Of a stretch of 64,000 nt of DNA, positions 50,279 through 63,658 are shown one piece after another (positions within the stretch are counted from its first letter, which is position 1; the number at the start of each line of letters is the position of its first letter). The notes beneath the pieces are model-generated. The model had not been told where the DNA came from. It saw only the letters and a program-made list of their open reading frames with translations, and ran no database searches. The DNA is from Malacoraja senta. Lineage: Eukaryota. A program made the position numbers and the translations under genes. The stretch spans positions 22,446,001-22,510,000 of the forward strand of contig CM075987.1 of NCBI GenBank assembly GCA_038087875.1, given 5' to 3'.

Positions 50279-51834
50279 ATTGACGTATCACAGCCAAGAG
50301 GTGGGAAAGGGAGGGAATCCCAGGCTTGGGTCCCAGGTAACCGAAGATTGGTGCAGCAGGAAAATCTGGATGTTCAAGAGGCCCAAATGGAGCCACGCCA
50401 TTGGACCTTAAAGCATGAGAAAGTTACTGCCCGGGGAAGGGGTCTTGTCACCGAGAGTTCAGGGTTCAATTTTAAAATATGCATAAACACTCAAGCAAAC
50501 ATAGCGAGGTTGAACAAACTTACATTGTTATCTCTGGAAGGTTTTAGGTGGAGAGGAGACCTTATAGAAGTATATAAAATGACGAGAGGCGTAGTTAGGT
50601 TAGACAGTCAGAATCTTTTCCAAGTGTGGGAATGCTAAAGACTAGAGGGCACAGCTATAAGGTGAGAGGGGCAAAGTTTAAAAGAGATGATCAGGGCAAG
50701 TTTTTTAACCACAGGGAATAGTGGGTGCCTGGAACGTGCTGGCAGGGGTGGTGGTGGAGGCAGATCTGAAAGGGGCTTCCAGCCTCGTTTGAGAGGCTTT
50801 TTGATGGATATGCAGCGTATGGAGGGGTGTGGATCATGTGCATGCGGAGATTAGTTTAACTTGGCATCATAATCAGCATGGACATTGTGGCCGAAGGGCC
50901 TGTTCCTGTTACAATAACCTATAGCTCTTTAAGCACAGTGTGTATTAGCACAGCGTACAATGTCCACTGGGGGCAGTGTCCATGCAGTCTGCACCTTGCT
51001 GGGTTAGGGGTTGCAGTGAAGCCTTTAGTTGGGCTGAAGGGCCTGTTCCTGTGCTGTACTGTTCTGTGTTCTAAGCTATAAACACCTCACCCTTCCATAT
51101 CTCTGGCCTCCCTCTCCCTCGACTCTCAGTCTGAAGAAGGGTCTGGACCTGAAACGTCACCCATTCCTTCTCTCCAGAGATGCTGCCTGAGTTACTCCAG
51201 TCTATCTTCAGTATAAACACATTGGGCTGTTTTAATTAATCTGCTGCACGCAAGAGCTGACATGTAAAAAAAATGCGTATCAAGTAGTGATTTTACCTGC
51301 TGGTACCATCCACGTTTCAAGCACGTTGCCAGGCTGGAGTGAATTGTTCCCTCTTTGTCCCGTCTGCATCTGGGCCTCTCTCTCCCTCTCACTCACTTTC
51401 TCTCTCTCTTGTTTTGCTTGGCAATCCTTCTCTTGGACAGAAGATTTTAATAACTCTGGGACTTTGATAACGATTCCCAAAAATCATTATTGAGGGGAAA
51501 AATATCCAGTAACGACCTAACTATTAAATATAAGAACAATCCCTTGAGCAGTGGCTGGAGCCAGACAGAAAGCAGACACACTGGAGAAGGCCTGGACTTT
51601 AACGCCTCTGATCCATCGCTACTCGTGTATTCCAACTTTGTTAGAAACATCATGAGAAACAATTAGACACATCTCATTGGACTATGATACTGAGTCTGAG
51701 GAAGGGTTTCGGCCCGAAACGTTGCCTATTTCCTTTGCTCCATAGATGCTGCTGCACCCGTTGAGTTTCTCCAGCACTTTTGTCTACCTTCGATTTTCCA
51801 GCATTTGCAGTTCCTTCTTAAACACACAGATTCC

Positions 51835-52034
51835 NNNNNNNNNNNNNNNNNNNNNNNNNNNNNNNNNNNNNNNNNNNNNNNNNNNNNNNNNNNNNNNNNN
51901 NNNNNNNNNNNNNNNNNNNNNNNNNNNNNNNNNNNNNNNNNNNNNNNNNNNNNNNNNNNNNNNNNNNNNNNNNNNNNNNNNNNNNNNNNNNNNNNNNNNN
52001 NNNNNNNNNNNNNNNNNNNNNNNNNNNNNNNNNN
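51835..52034. other. Assembly gap (200 N)
   Basis: Run of N. Confidence 1.
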
Positions 52035-55000
52035 GTGCTAGACAGGCGGCCAGCTTTGTATAGACAGAATGAAAGAATCTGTTCAAAAATAAATGTTCAA
52101 AATGGCACTCACTGCAATAAATAGAAGAAAACTGAAGATGAGAATCAGTGCGATGGTGGAAACAGAGTTGGAAGCTGAGATGGAAGAGAGTACACATAAC
52201 TGAAGCCAGAACAGCAACCTTATTAAGACAGCACAAGAGAGGAACACGTTGAAAGCTGTTGAATGGTGTGATTCGAAACCTCTAGAAACATGCCTGTGAG
52301 TTTTTGAAACTTAAAACTCTGTAAAGTTTGGACACAGACTTTCCATGAAGTAGAATCTATCTAAATGATAATCATCGGACCGCACAGCCTAAAAATAAAA
52401 TAATGGTGGATGGAAATCGTGAAGGGTCACTCTCTCCCCATTCTGTTACTTTCTCCGCCAAACTTATCCCTCTCCCACAGTACCGCAGTCTCCCTTTTTC
52501 CCATCTGTTGCTCTCTCCCCTGAGGCGATCATTCTCCTCTGCCTGTTGCTCTCTCCCCCCATATAAGATCCTGGCATATTGAAGGTTTATACCAGGGGTG
52601 GGGAACCTGCGGCCTTCTAGGCCTTCTGAATGAATCCAAATTTTGTAGAACAAATCCTTTTATTTTTATTAATATGCTTTTGTTTGTCTTTTATTATTTT
52701 TATTTTAATCTTAAAATGAACGTATTTAAAATACTAAAGAGGAAAAAGAAAATTCAACAAAATAATCCTCCCTGACTGACGGCCACAATTAAAACATCAG
52801 TAAGGCATGAGGGCTATTTTAACAATATTATGTACATTTTGAAGTATATCTAATTGAAGTTTCTTGGCCTTATTAGATTACAGCTAACTTAATGTGGCAT
52901 TCCAACATGAAAAGCTTCCCCACCCCTGGTTTTTACCCTCCACCCCTGGCCCTGCAATAATTTAGCACCATTCCTTACACCTTTATCCTGGTTGTTATAA
53001 ATTAAAGGACCCTAAATGCGTCTGAATTAAGTGGGGTAGATATCCTCTGGGTCTGGAATCGCACTGCTTGAGATTAGGGAGGAACCGTCAGACTAACCCA
53101 AAGGCAACTGTGAACCATGTGGAGTTTTAACCACAATTTGAAAGGTTCACGGCCACTTTCACTGATCCCTGCTTTTTACTCTAATCACTCGCTCTCCCGA
53201 GCCTGCTCCAGCACTTGATAATAGCCTGGCTGATCCCCCTTCATCCCTGTCTGCCCACAGCCACCATTACTGATATTAACTTTTAATTGCAGATACATGA
53301 TTTAAGACAGTTGCCGGGTGGATTTAAAGCCACGTTCTTGTCTCTGGATCCCAACCAGTGCAGCGTGATAGCAGTGCGCTATTGGACCCGGGTGGATAGG
53401 TACATGGATAGAGGGACAGGGGGAGAGGGACACGTTAGCAGGAAGTGGGGACCGGGGCAAGTCTGAGTCACTAATCTTCCTCAATAACAAACAAATCAGA
53501 AAAAAAAATTGCAGTGTCTGGACAGCGAAACAAATTCTAGGAAATATATTGGGGTCACCGGATTGCTTAAGATTAGTGTTCAAGAAGGAACTGCAGATGC
53601 TGGAAAATCGAAGGTAGACAAAAAGTGCTAGAGAAACTCAGCGGGTGCAGCAGCATCTATGGAGCGAAGGGAATGAATAGGCAACGTTTCGGGCCGAACC
53701 CCTTCCTCAGACTGATTAAGTCAGACTGACTTAAGATTAGTATTTTGACTCCAATGAAAGGCATACTTTTGACTCTGGAGCAGAACTAAAAGACAAAGTT
53801 GTTGGATGGAATTCTTCGACCCGAATTGTTAACAGGAGATAGGGAACTGTAGATGCTGGAGTCTTGAGCAAAACACAAAATGCTGGAGGAACTCAGCGGG
53901 TCGGGTGGAGTCTGGGGCGGGGGTGGTGGGTGGGGGGGGCGGGGTGGGTGGGTTGGGGGCGGGGGGGGTGGGGGGCGTGGAGGTGTGGGTGGGGGGGGAT
54001 GTGTGGGTGGTGGGCGGGGGTGTGTGTGTGGGTGGGGGTGTGTGGGGGGGGCGAGGTGGACAGGCGAGGTTTTGGGTCGGGACCTTTCTTCAGACTCTTG
54101 AACATAGTTCTACATCTGAATTCAGGCGCAGCAGTAAGCCACTCGGCCCTTCGAGCCTATTCTGACAAGATCGTGGCTGGTGTGATTATAAACTCCGCAT
54201 TCCTCTCCTCCAGTGACCTTTCACCTCCTTGCTTATCAAGTGTTTATCTACCTCTATGTTTAAGAAACACATTCCAAGGCTCTGCTTCTGCCGCGCTTCG
54301 ATGCAGAGTCTTACCCCAGTCTCAGTATCCTCGGGGAGAATGGACAATCGTCTCGTCGCTTTCATAACCGGGAGAAGCCCCGCTGATCCATAAACTGTGA
54401 CCCCCTCGCTCCGAACCCACTCACAGGAGGGAACAATTACCCCCACCCCCACCCAAAGCCTGTCAAACCCCTCAGCATCTCACACTGATCCGCCAGCATA
54501 TTAATCTACAAACACCCAGGAATCACTTCCAATTTGAATTATATTTACCATGTTACAATTACAAAATGCAGGAGTAACTCAGCGGGACAGGCAGCGTCTC
54601 TGGGGAGAAGGAATGGGTGACGTTTCGGGTCGAGACCCTTCTTCAGACTTCACTCACCCATTCCCTTTCTCCAGAGACTCTGCCTGACCCGCTGAGTTAC
54701 TCCAGCACTTTGTATCTATCTTCGGTTTAAACCATCATCTGCAGTTCCTTTCTACCTAATATATTGCAATTCTTTAGCAAAACACAAAGTGCTGGAGGAA
54801 CTCAGAGGGTCAGGCAGCATCTGGGGAGGGAATGTTTCAGGTTGGGACCCTTCTTCAGATTCCCTTAGTTGGGATCCTTCTTTCTTACATTGATGTCTGA
54901 CATTATTGTGGGCTGTAGTTACCGGGTGGGCTCGGGGTAGGTTCCACGTCGCCCCGTCCAGTCCCGAGTCCTAAACAACCCCCCTCCCCACCCATCACTC

Positions 55001-58000
55001 ACCGTTCTGCCGAGCCGCCTCCCCTCCTCCTCCTCCTCCTCCTCCTCCGCCTCCGCCGGGCTGATCCCTGGTTCTCCGGCCGCTCTCCCTCGCCCCCCTG
55101 GTCGGCTCCGTGCCACCGTTCATGCCCGGCGCCTCTCCCAGATCCAGCAGATGACTGACCGAGAAACTCTTTCTGTTTTGAACGGCCTCCGGCGTCCCCA
55201 GCCCGGCCGGACACAGAGAGACCGGTTTTTCCATCAGTTTGAACAGATCACCCTCCCCTCCCCTCCCCTCCCCTCCCCTCCCCAACCCGGCCCCGACCCT
55301 GACCCCCGGCCCGTGGTCGACACAGATCCCCCCACCCCCCCCCTCCACCCCTCAGCCCCCCACAACTCTTCACAACTTCTCACAACTTTTGTCTCGCTGC
55401 CGAACTCTCCCCACTTCTTGCTGACGGATACGAAAAGAAGTCTTTCAGGAGTTTTGTCAGTTGTTGCCGCCCACTCCCCCCACGGGACTGTTACACAACT
55501 CCTAGCGCCGCCACCGCCGCCCACTCTAACCTCTGCCGTGACTCAGCCGGGGCTAAACGTTGTCTCCACCTCCCTCCCTCCATCCCTCCTCTCTCTCTCC
55601 CCTCCCTCCTTCTCCGTCCCTCCCTTCCCTCTCTCCCCCTCCCTCCTTTTTCCTCCCCCTTTCCTCTCTCCTCCTTCCCTCTCTCTCCCTCCCCTCCTTC
55701 TCCGGCCCTCCCTTCCCTCTCTCTCCCTCCCCTCCTTCTCCGTCCCTCCCTTCCCTCTCTCTCCCTCCCTTCTCCGTCCCTCCCTTCCCTCTCTCCCCCC
55801 TCCCTCCTTTTTCCTCCCCCTTTCCTCTCTCCCCCTTCCCTCTCTCCTTCATTCGCTCCCCCTTCCATCACTCCTTCCCTTCCCTTCCCTTTCCCCCTCC
55901 CTCTCCACCGTCTTCTTCTTCCTTTCCATTCCCTCTCTCCTTCCCCCTTCTCCCCTCACTCCCTTTCTCCTTCCATTCTCCCCTTCCCTCTTTCCCTTCC
56001 TCCTTTCCCATCTCTCTCTCCTTCCCTCCCTCCCACCTCCCTCTGTCTCACCCCCTCTGTCTCTCACCCCCTCTCCCCTCTCCCTCCCCCGCCTCCCCAA
56101 CCCGCAACAACAGCACTCCTGATTTTGAAATTCCGCCAGAAAGCTCCAAAAAAACAATTTAAATAAAAAAAAAACCAAAAGCAGACGATAATAAAATGAA
56201 GTCCCTCCCCTCCCCTCCCTCCTCGCCCCTGGTGTTGCCCAATATGATGTGCCAGGGAATCGCTGCCGTCCGTAACTGGGTCTTGGAACGTGTCCCCGGG
56301 GTTTGGTGGTTTCCACGGGGAATAACGGACTGATGTGTCCCTTTTACAGAGGCTAAGATTCAATCCAGGTATGGAGCCTTGGTTACAAGGATTAACGGTG
56401 CCGGGGGTGAGATGCAGACTCGAACCTGATGGAGCGTTTTGGGCGGTTTATATCTAGAATAACACATACCCGCGAGTGAATTACTATTTGGAATCTAATC
56501 TGGGCGTTTGTGTGGTCTGTTATACAAAATAGCGAGAATCTTGGAGAGCGTCACAGGATGAAATCTACTTGAGGGATTAGGATGTTTACACATTGATTAA
56601 CAAACTTGGAAGTGAGTTCAAGTGACTTATATTTTCAATAATAAATAGCCTGGCTATGATATACTGGCTGCTTTCTAAGCGAGGGAGTTGGGAGAGGGAG
56701 GGGTGGGGGGGGGGGTGTATAAAATAATACAACTCCTTTGGACAAAGGGCTGCACATTGTTGGAGTTTAGACCTTGTCAGGGGTTCAGTCTTTAGGAAAT
56801 GGACTGAAGAAAGACGAAGAGTGGTGGGTGCCTGGAACGCACTGCCAGGGGTGGTATTGGAGGCAGAGACCATAGTGGCATTTAAGGGGCTTTTGGATAG
56901 ACACATGGATATGCAGGGTATGGATCATGTGCAGCCAGGCACTAAGATTAGTCATTATATTCAGCACGACATTGTGGACTGTAGGGCCTCTTCCCCTGTG
57001 CTGTACTGTTCTACATTTTAAACATCAACAGCCAAAGTGAGTCCCACATTGTGCCTTGCATTACATACTACTGGGTAAAGGGATGACTGGAAAGATGCAG
57101 AACATAGAAACATAGAAACATAGAAAATAGGCGCAGGAGTAGGCCATTCGGCCCTTCGAGCCTGCACCGCCATTCATTATGATCATGGCTGAACATTAGA
57201 GGGGGGACGAGGGACTGTTGTTATGGTAAATATTAGAAATGATGAGTTAAGAAGGAAGGAGTTCAAGACCTTGATACAACACTTGAATAAAGATTTTAGT
57301 CAACAGAATAAGCATTTTGAGGAGTAATGTTTCAGACAAGGGCGAGAATCAAAGGAATGAGGGGCGTCTTTTTTAATTGAAAGATACAGCATGGAAACAG
57401 GCTCTTCGGCCCACCAAACCCACACCGATTGTCGCTCACCCATTCACACCGGTTCTATATAATCCCACTTTTGCATCCAGTCCCTACACACTAGGGGCTT
57501 ATTTACTGAGGCCACTTAACCTACAAACCTGTCTTTGGAATGTGGGAGAAAACCGGAGCACTGGAAGGAACCCATGTGGTCACAGGGAGATCGAACAAGC
57601 ACCACACCAGATCTGGAATCAGAGGGAATACTGACGTTCTGAGTCAGAATTTTGCATCTGTTCATAATGGAAAAGTGGTCATTGTAAAGGAAAAAGCAAA
57701 AAAAGTCCAAAACACTTCCTATGCCCTTTATTTTTTCTATCTCAATTATCTATTTAATATGTGTGTATGAAATATACTTCCACAATTCCTTCTTGCAATG
57801 AATTCCTGATCACAATTACTTGCTGTGAATTTTATTTCCTCAGTCCACAAAATCATGAGAGGAATAGATCGGGTAAACGCGCAGAGTCTCTTACCCAGGG
57901 TAGAGGACACAGGTTTAAGATGAGGGGGGATAGATTTAATACAAACCCGAGGTGTAACGTTTTCACACAAAGGGTGGTGGGTGTATGGAACGAGCTGCTG

Positions 58001-58329
58001 GAGGCGGTGGTTGTGACAGGACAATCGCAACGTTCAAGAAATATTTATATAGGTACATGGATGGCACAGGTTTAGATCCAAGGGATACAGACCAAATGCA
58101 GGCAGGTGGGACATGTAGATGGCACATGTTGGTCGGTATGGGCAAGTTGGGCCGAAGGGCCTGTTTCCATGCTGTATGACTCTACGATTCAATGTCACGC
58201 TTTATTCTTGAGCCACTTTAGCCCATTGCTTTATAACATTAAATCTATATTATCTGGTACTTAACACTTCCTGCAATGGCAACGGTTCTGTCATATTCAT
58301 TTTGGTCAGACCTTCTACGATTATGAGTG
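52035..58329 (-). repeat. ~6.3 kb inverted duplicate (copy B)
   Basis: Starts at the first base after gap 2. Reverse complement of 27381-33576 with scattered SNPs and indels. Confidence 0.95.
55003..55234 (-). other. Second copy of Prrx exon 1 (12-Gly variant) inside the inverted duplicate; probably the other haplotype
   Basis: Reverse complement of 30480-30720, 9 nt shorter in the GGA run, with intact ATG and GT donor. No downstream exons before the gap at 52034. Confidence 0.85.
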
Positions 58330-58564
58330 CTGCTAGCAAATTAGAGTTCATTCTTCACTGCTTTGAGAGCAATACTAGTTACCCCAGTTCTAATCACTTA
58401 TTGAAGTTCTTTAATCCCCAGTTACAAAGAATGTATTATATTGGTTCCATGTAATTCTTTGCACTCTTTGCCTTAGTTCATAAATCCTAGCAGCTCGAAT
58501 GCTATTTTGCTTCTTTTGACCTGTCCTTTATCAAATATTTGTGAGCCTACCATTGGGAAGAAGA

Positions 58565-58872
58565 CAATAGATAATAGGTGCAGGAGTAGGCCATTTGGCC
58601 CTTCGAGCCAGCACCGCCATTCAATGTGATCATGGCTGATCACCCTCAATCAGTACCCCGTTCCTGCCTTCTCCCCATATCCCCTGACCGCTATCTTTAA
58701 GAGCCCTATCTAGCTCTCTCTTGAAAGCAAAGATCCTATAGCGGAGCTTGAAAGTATCCAGAGAACTGGCCTCCACCGCCCTCTGAGGTAGAGAATTCCA
58801 CAAACTCACAAGTCTCTGTGAGAAAAAGAGTTTCCTCATCTCCGTTCTAAATGGTTTCCCTCTTATTCTTAA
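58565..58872 (-). mobile_element. CR1-clade LINE 3' fragment
   Basis: LRIRGKPFRTEMRKLFFSQRLVSLWNSLP plus conserved 3' UTR. Confidence 0.9.
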
Positions 58873-59629
58873 AATAGAAGGTACGGGAATCTGAAAACTA
58901 TGACTACCAGTATTAGGAACAGCTTCTACCCAATAACCATCTGGCTCTTGAACACTTAACACTAACCTCAACTATGAAATATGGACTGTCATTGGTTTCT
59001 CTAAGCACTTTGCATTTTTGTACTAGTATCGTGGTTGTTAAAGTGTGTTATTATTTGGGCATCTCCCTTCACTGGTGTTTTGTTGGGTGAGAAGGGTCAA
59101 CAGTTGGTTCTGGCGTCTCAGAACAACCCCCCTCAATACCTGCTCTCACCACCTATGCTACCAATATCTACTAAATACAGGAAACTACAAATGATTAATT
59201 CACACAAACAAATGTTAAACACTCGCATCCTGTCTTACACATATCCCAACCCATCATTAAACAATTGTAGTGCCACAAATATCAACCTCACATATAAAAC
59301 CGGGATACACTTACACGGAATACACTTACAAAAAGATACACTTACCGCGCGCTATACATTTCCTTTCTGCCCAACTGACTCTGTTTCATCTCCACCAAAT
59401 CCACCTACTATATATTATCTGCATGTATTGTATTTACAGGCCTGTTATGTTGCTGCAAATAAGAATGTAATTGTTCCGTTATTGATACATATGACAATGA
59501 AACACTCATTACTCTTGACACCCAGTTTCTCTTGATGACGTACAACGTTTTGTAATTATACTCTTTACATTACATCATCTTTGCTTGTTCTTCCCTTTGG
59601 CGGGTGTTTCTGTTTTTTATTTTTTATCT

Positions 59630-60230
59630 TTGTATTTATTTATTTATTTATTGGAAGCAAATGTACAATTGTAGAACCAACGGCATATAAAGTTATACAG
59701 TTATTGTACAGCTTCAATTTTTAACTTTTTAGCTTTGAATTAGAAGAAAAGAAAGGAGAAAAAGCAAGAAAGAGAAAAAGTGAGATGTGCAAAGATAGGA
59801 CCCTGAGACTACCAAAGTAGTGGAGCCAAAGAGTGAATAAAAGAAAGAAAGAAGAGAGGAATAGAAAAAAATAAAAGGACAAAAGGAAAAAGAGAAAGAA
59901 AAGTGGTGGTCTACCTGCCTCTCGTCCCTCCCCACCCACCTCACACAACCCATAGTTAGATTTAAATACAAAGTTGTGTTGCGCCATACTACCCTTGTAA
60001 AAAATCAATGAATGGTGTCCATGTCTTGGAAAAATGATCTGTTTTTTCTGCCAAGGCAAGTCTAATATTTTCAAGATGTAGTGTCTCGGACATGTTTATA
60101 ATCCACATCTTTAGGGTAGGGACTGATGCATGTTTCCAAAATTTAAGTATTCATTTTTTCGCCGTTATCAGGCCATAATTAAGGAAACGTCTTTGAAATA
60201 GTGATAGCTCAGAACAGGCTTCTGAAGTAC
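59630..60230 (-). mobile_element. L1-clade LINE 3' end
   Basis: Minus-strand FLNYGLITAKK*ILKFWKHASVPTLKMWIINMSETLHLENIRL...FSKTWTPFIDFLQG* resembles the fish-type L1 ORF2 end. T-rich UTR and (AATA)n tail. Confidence 0.75.
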
Positions 60231-60670
60231 CTAGAGTGCGGGTGTTTCATCTACCATTTGTCCAATAGCCTGTTCAATTCCACAAAGTCCATCGCGATTT
60301 CCCTCACTGTTTGCTACATTTCCAAGTTGTACATCATCTGCAGATTTTGAAATGGTGCCCAATGCATCGACGTCCAAGTCATTAATATGTATCAAAAATA
60401 ACAGTGGTCCTGATATCAACCATTGGGAAATGAAGTGCTCACCACAACTCTCTGGTTCCAGCCCCTAAGCCAATGTTTTATTCATGCTGCCTCTGCCAAA
60501 TGTATTCCAAGGGACTAGATTTTCTTGCAAGTGTGTTATGTAGCATTTTTTCAAACATCCTTTAAAGTCCATTTATACAAATTAGCGTTATTTTCCTAAT
60601 TAACTATCTTTATTACCTCTTTAAAAAAAGACATTCAAATTAGTTAAGCATGATTTGTTTTTAACCAGGC
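60231..60670 (-). mobile_element. Degenerate CR1 reverse-transcriptase core fragment
   Basis: GPLLFLIHINDLD...ISKSADD matches the GP(L)LFLIYINDL / (F)ADD RT motifs. Confidence 0.75.
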
Positions 60671-61098
60671 AAGCTTCAAGATTCAGTCTTTATTCATCTA
60701 ATGCACCTCTGCTTCCCACAGATACACCCCCTGCCACTCTACTCCACTGTGTCACTCTTCAAAATCTTCTATATTTCAATAGGATTACCTGTCAATTGCC
60801 TCAGCTCCAGACAGAATGGAGAATCTTACTAAATCTCTACGTATAGGCAAGTAAATATTTCCTATGGCATAGGCACCAAAACTGCACATATGTAGAGGTG
60901 TATACGATTATTGATGGCATGAATGCACCACATTTGTTTTCACAGGGTAGGGGAATCATGGATTAAGTGAGAGGAGAAGGATTTAATAGGAACCTGAGGG
61001 GCAACTTTTTCATACAGATGGTGATGTGTATATGGAAGGTCCTATGACAACATAGGCAGGTACTGAGACAACATTTAAAAGACATTTGGACAGGTACA

Positions 61099-61380
61099 TA
61101 GAACATAGGTGCAGGAGTAGGCCATTCGGCCCTTCGAGCCAGCACCGCCATTCAATATGATCATGGCTGATCACCCAAAATCAGTATCTCATTCCTGCTT
61201 TTTCCCCATATCCCTTGATTCCGTTAGCCCTAAGAGCTAAATCTAACTCTCTCCTGAAAACATCCAGTGAATTGGCCTCCACTGCCTTCTGTGGCAGAGA
61301 ATTCCACAGATTCACAACTCTCTGGGTGAATTTTTTTTTTCTCATCTCAGTCCTAAATGGCCTACCCCTTATTCGTAAAC
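61099..61380 (-). mobile_element. CR1-clade LINE 3' fragment
   Basis: Conserved CR1 3' UTR and ORF2 end on the minus strand. Confidence 0.85.
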
Positions 61381-61640
61381 CTCAAGAACGGAGTAGGGAG
61401 AAGTTAAAGATGTCTGCAAATACTCTCGCTAGCTGGTCCGCGCAGCTACTAAGGACACGGCCAGGAGCTCCGTCTGGGCCAAATGCTTTTCATGGGTTTA
61501 CCCTCAGGAAGGTCGATCTAACCTCAGCACCAGTCACCCTGGGGAGAGGCACATCGGAGTCTGAAGGGCCAGGTGTCACCGCCCTGTTGGCCTTATGCTC
61601 GAAGCGAGCATAGAAAGCATTCAGTTCATCGGGTAAGGTC
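61381..61640 (-). mobile_element. Rex1/Babar-clade RT fragment
   Basis: Minus strand ..[29 protein letters not shown].. Confidence 0.75.
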
Positions 61641-63658
61641 GCACTATCACAATGATATTGCCGGACTGTGCCTTGCAGCCAGTTATCTTATTTGGACCGT
61701 GCATCGAAAGGAAAGAGGGATGTGGGCCAAATGCAGGCAGATGGGACTAGGTTAGATGAGGCATCTTGTTCGTGCATGGCCATGTTGGGCTGAAGGGCCT
61801 GTTTCCGTGCTGTATGACTCTCAGATTAGACAAAAATACCGGAGAAACTCAGGGGTGAGGCAGCATCTATGGAACGAAGGAATAGGCGACGTTTTTAGTC
61901 GAGACCATTGTCCTATCTACTTCAGATTTATCTGTTATGACCTAAGCCTGCAGTTTGTGGCCTTCATCACTGTCGACCTTTACGTCCCCTCAATAAAAAC
62001 AACCATCTTCCTAATTACCAGTTTCTGGTAATGAATTTGTCGTGATTCATGTGGAAGAACATCCAAGCTTCTCTGAAAACCAACATCTAATCACTCTAAA
62101 CATATGAATATATTCAGCTTTCTGCTTGTCCACAACAGCTAACAGCCTCAAAAATGCCTCACCATTTTCCACTTTATACTCTGACCGATGTCCGCGCCCA
62201 ATCACTCCATCCCTCTACATCCTAAATTATGAACAAAATGTAACTATTTTTAATCTTTTTAATTTATTTTTAATTGTCATGCTTCCTGGCATTTTTTTGT
62301 TCTGGTTTATCCTGCCCTCAATATCACTCATCAGCCAGGGTTCTTTGGACATCCTGTCTACACCTTTCGCTAATACAAGACCAGGTTGACCCTGTACGCT
62401 CTTTATTTCACCATTCTCCTGTTTGTCCATGTAAACCTACCTGTACGTGGCTGCTGACTCTACACATTTGCCAGTTCCGGTTTTTATGATAATGAAATGC
62501 ACTGATCGTTGTGGTGCATCACAGATAAAAATAGACCAAACTAAAAATGAAGCATTTATTCCTAGTTGTTTGTCCTTTGTGTAATTACCTATATTTTTTT
62601 ACCTATAATTACACAATCCTGTGAGTCCTTATTTGTGAAATGACCTTTCATGTAAAATTCATGAGAGGCAAAGAGAGAGGGGAGACAACCAGAACCCTTT
62701 TCCCAGGATGGAATAGCTTTAAGGTGAGAGGGGCAAAGATTAAAGGAGATGTGCAGGGCAACCTTGTACACAGATGGTGGGGAGTGCCTGGAACGTGTTG
62801 GCAAGGATAATGGTTGGGGCAGGTATGATGGTGGCATTTAAGAGGCTTTTGGATCGGCACATGGATATGCATGGAATTGAGGGATATGGATTATGCACAG
62901 GTTGATAAGAGATGCTCTTGGCATTATGTTCACCGCAAACATTGTTGGCCATAGGGGCCTGTTCTTGTGCTGTACTGTTCTATGGTCTATGTTCCATGTG
63001 GCACTTTATCAAATGGCTTTAAGAATCACTCGTCCCCATTACTTACTGCTGGTTACATCACTAAACATGTCTGGACATCTGCCAAACATAATTTCCCTTC
63101 CATAAAACACGTAGATTTTGCTTATTATATTATGATTTCTAAGTGCCTTGCCACTTTCTCAAATGTGAATTCTCTTATTTTGCCAACTACTAAAGTCAGG
63201 CTAGCAGGCCTATGGTTCCTTATTTCCTCTTTCCCCCAGGTAACTTTGTTAAGTTTGCTATTGTTCCTTCTACGTCGGATCTTGTCTAAATGTCGTAAAT
63301 GCGGGTTGATCATTCATGACACGTCCAGTACGTCTGTGCTAAGCTCCTCTGAACACTGAGACAGTTTTTAATCCCATCCCTTAGCTTTCTTTTATTAGTG
63401 ATCACTTTAAGTTCCTCATGCTCATTACTTTGCCACTGATTTGGATGTTATTTGTTTCTCCTGCTGTGAACGTTTAAAACAAAGGCGTTCTTTAATGTTC
63501 TATCCTTTTCCTTATTCTAATTTCTCTGGTCTCATTCTCTAAGTGATCCACATTTACTCTGATTGCTCTCTTACATTATACATATTCATTATCAGTTTCG
63601 ATAGTTATTGCTAATTTACCATCAAGTTGCGAATTTACCATATAATATATGGTAATGA

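Noticed and set aside
49841..50638. 265-aa Ser/Leu/Phe ORF
   Set aside because: TC/TTTC microsatellite running into a decayed CR1 fragment.
55003..55234. Independent second Prrx paralogue
   Set aside because: Only exon 1, near-identical including flanking repeats, and gap-adjacent; best explained as haplotype overlap.
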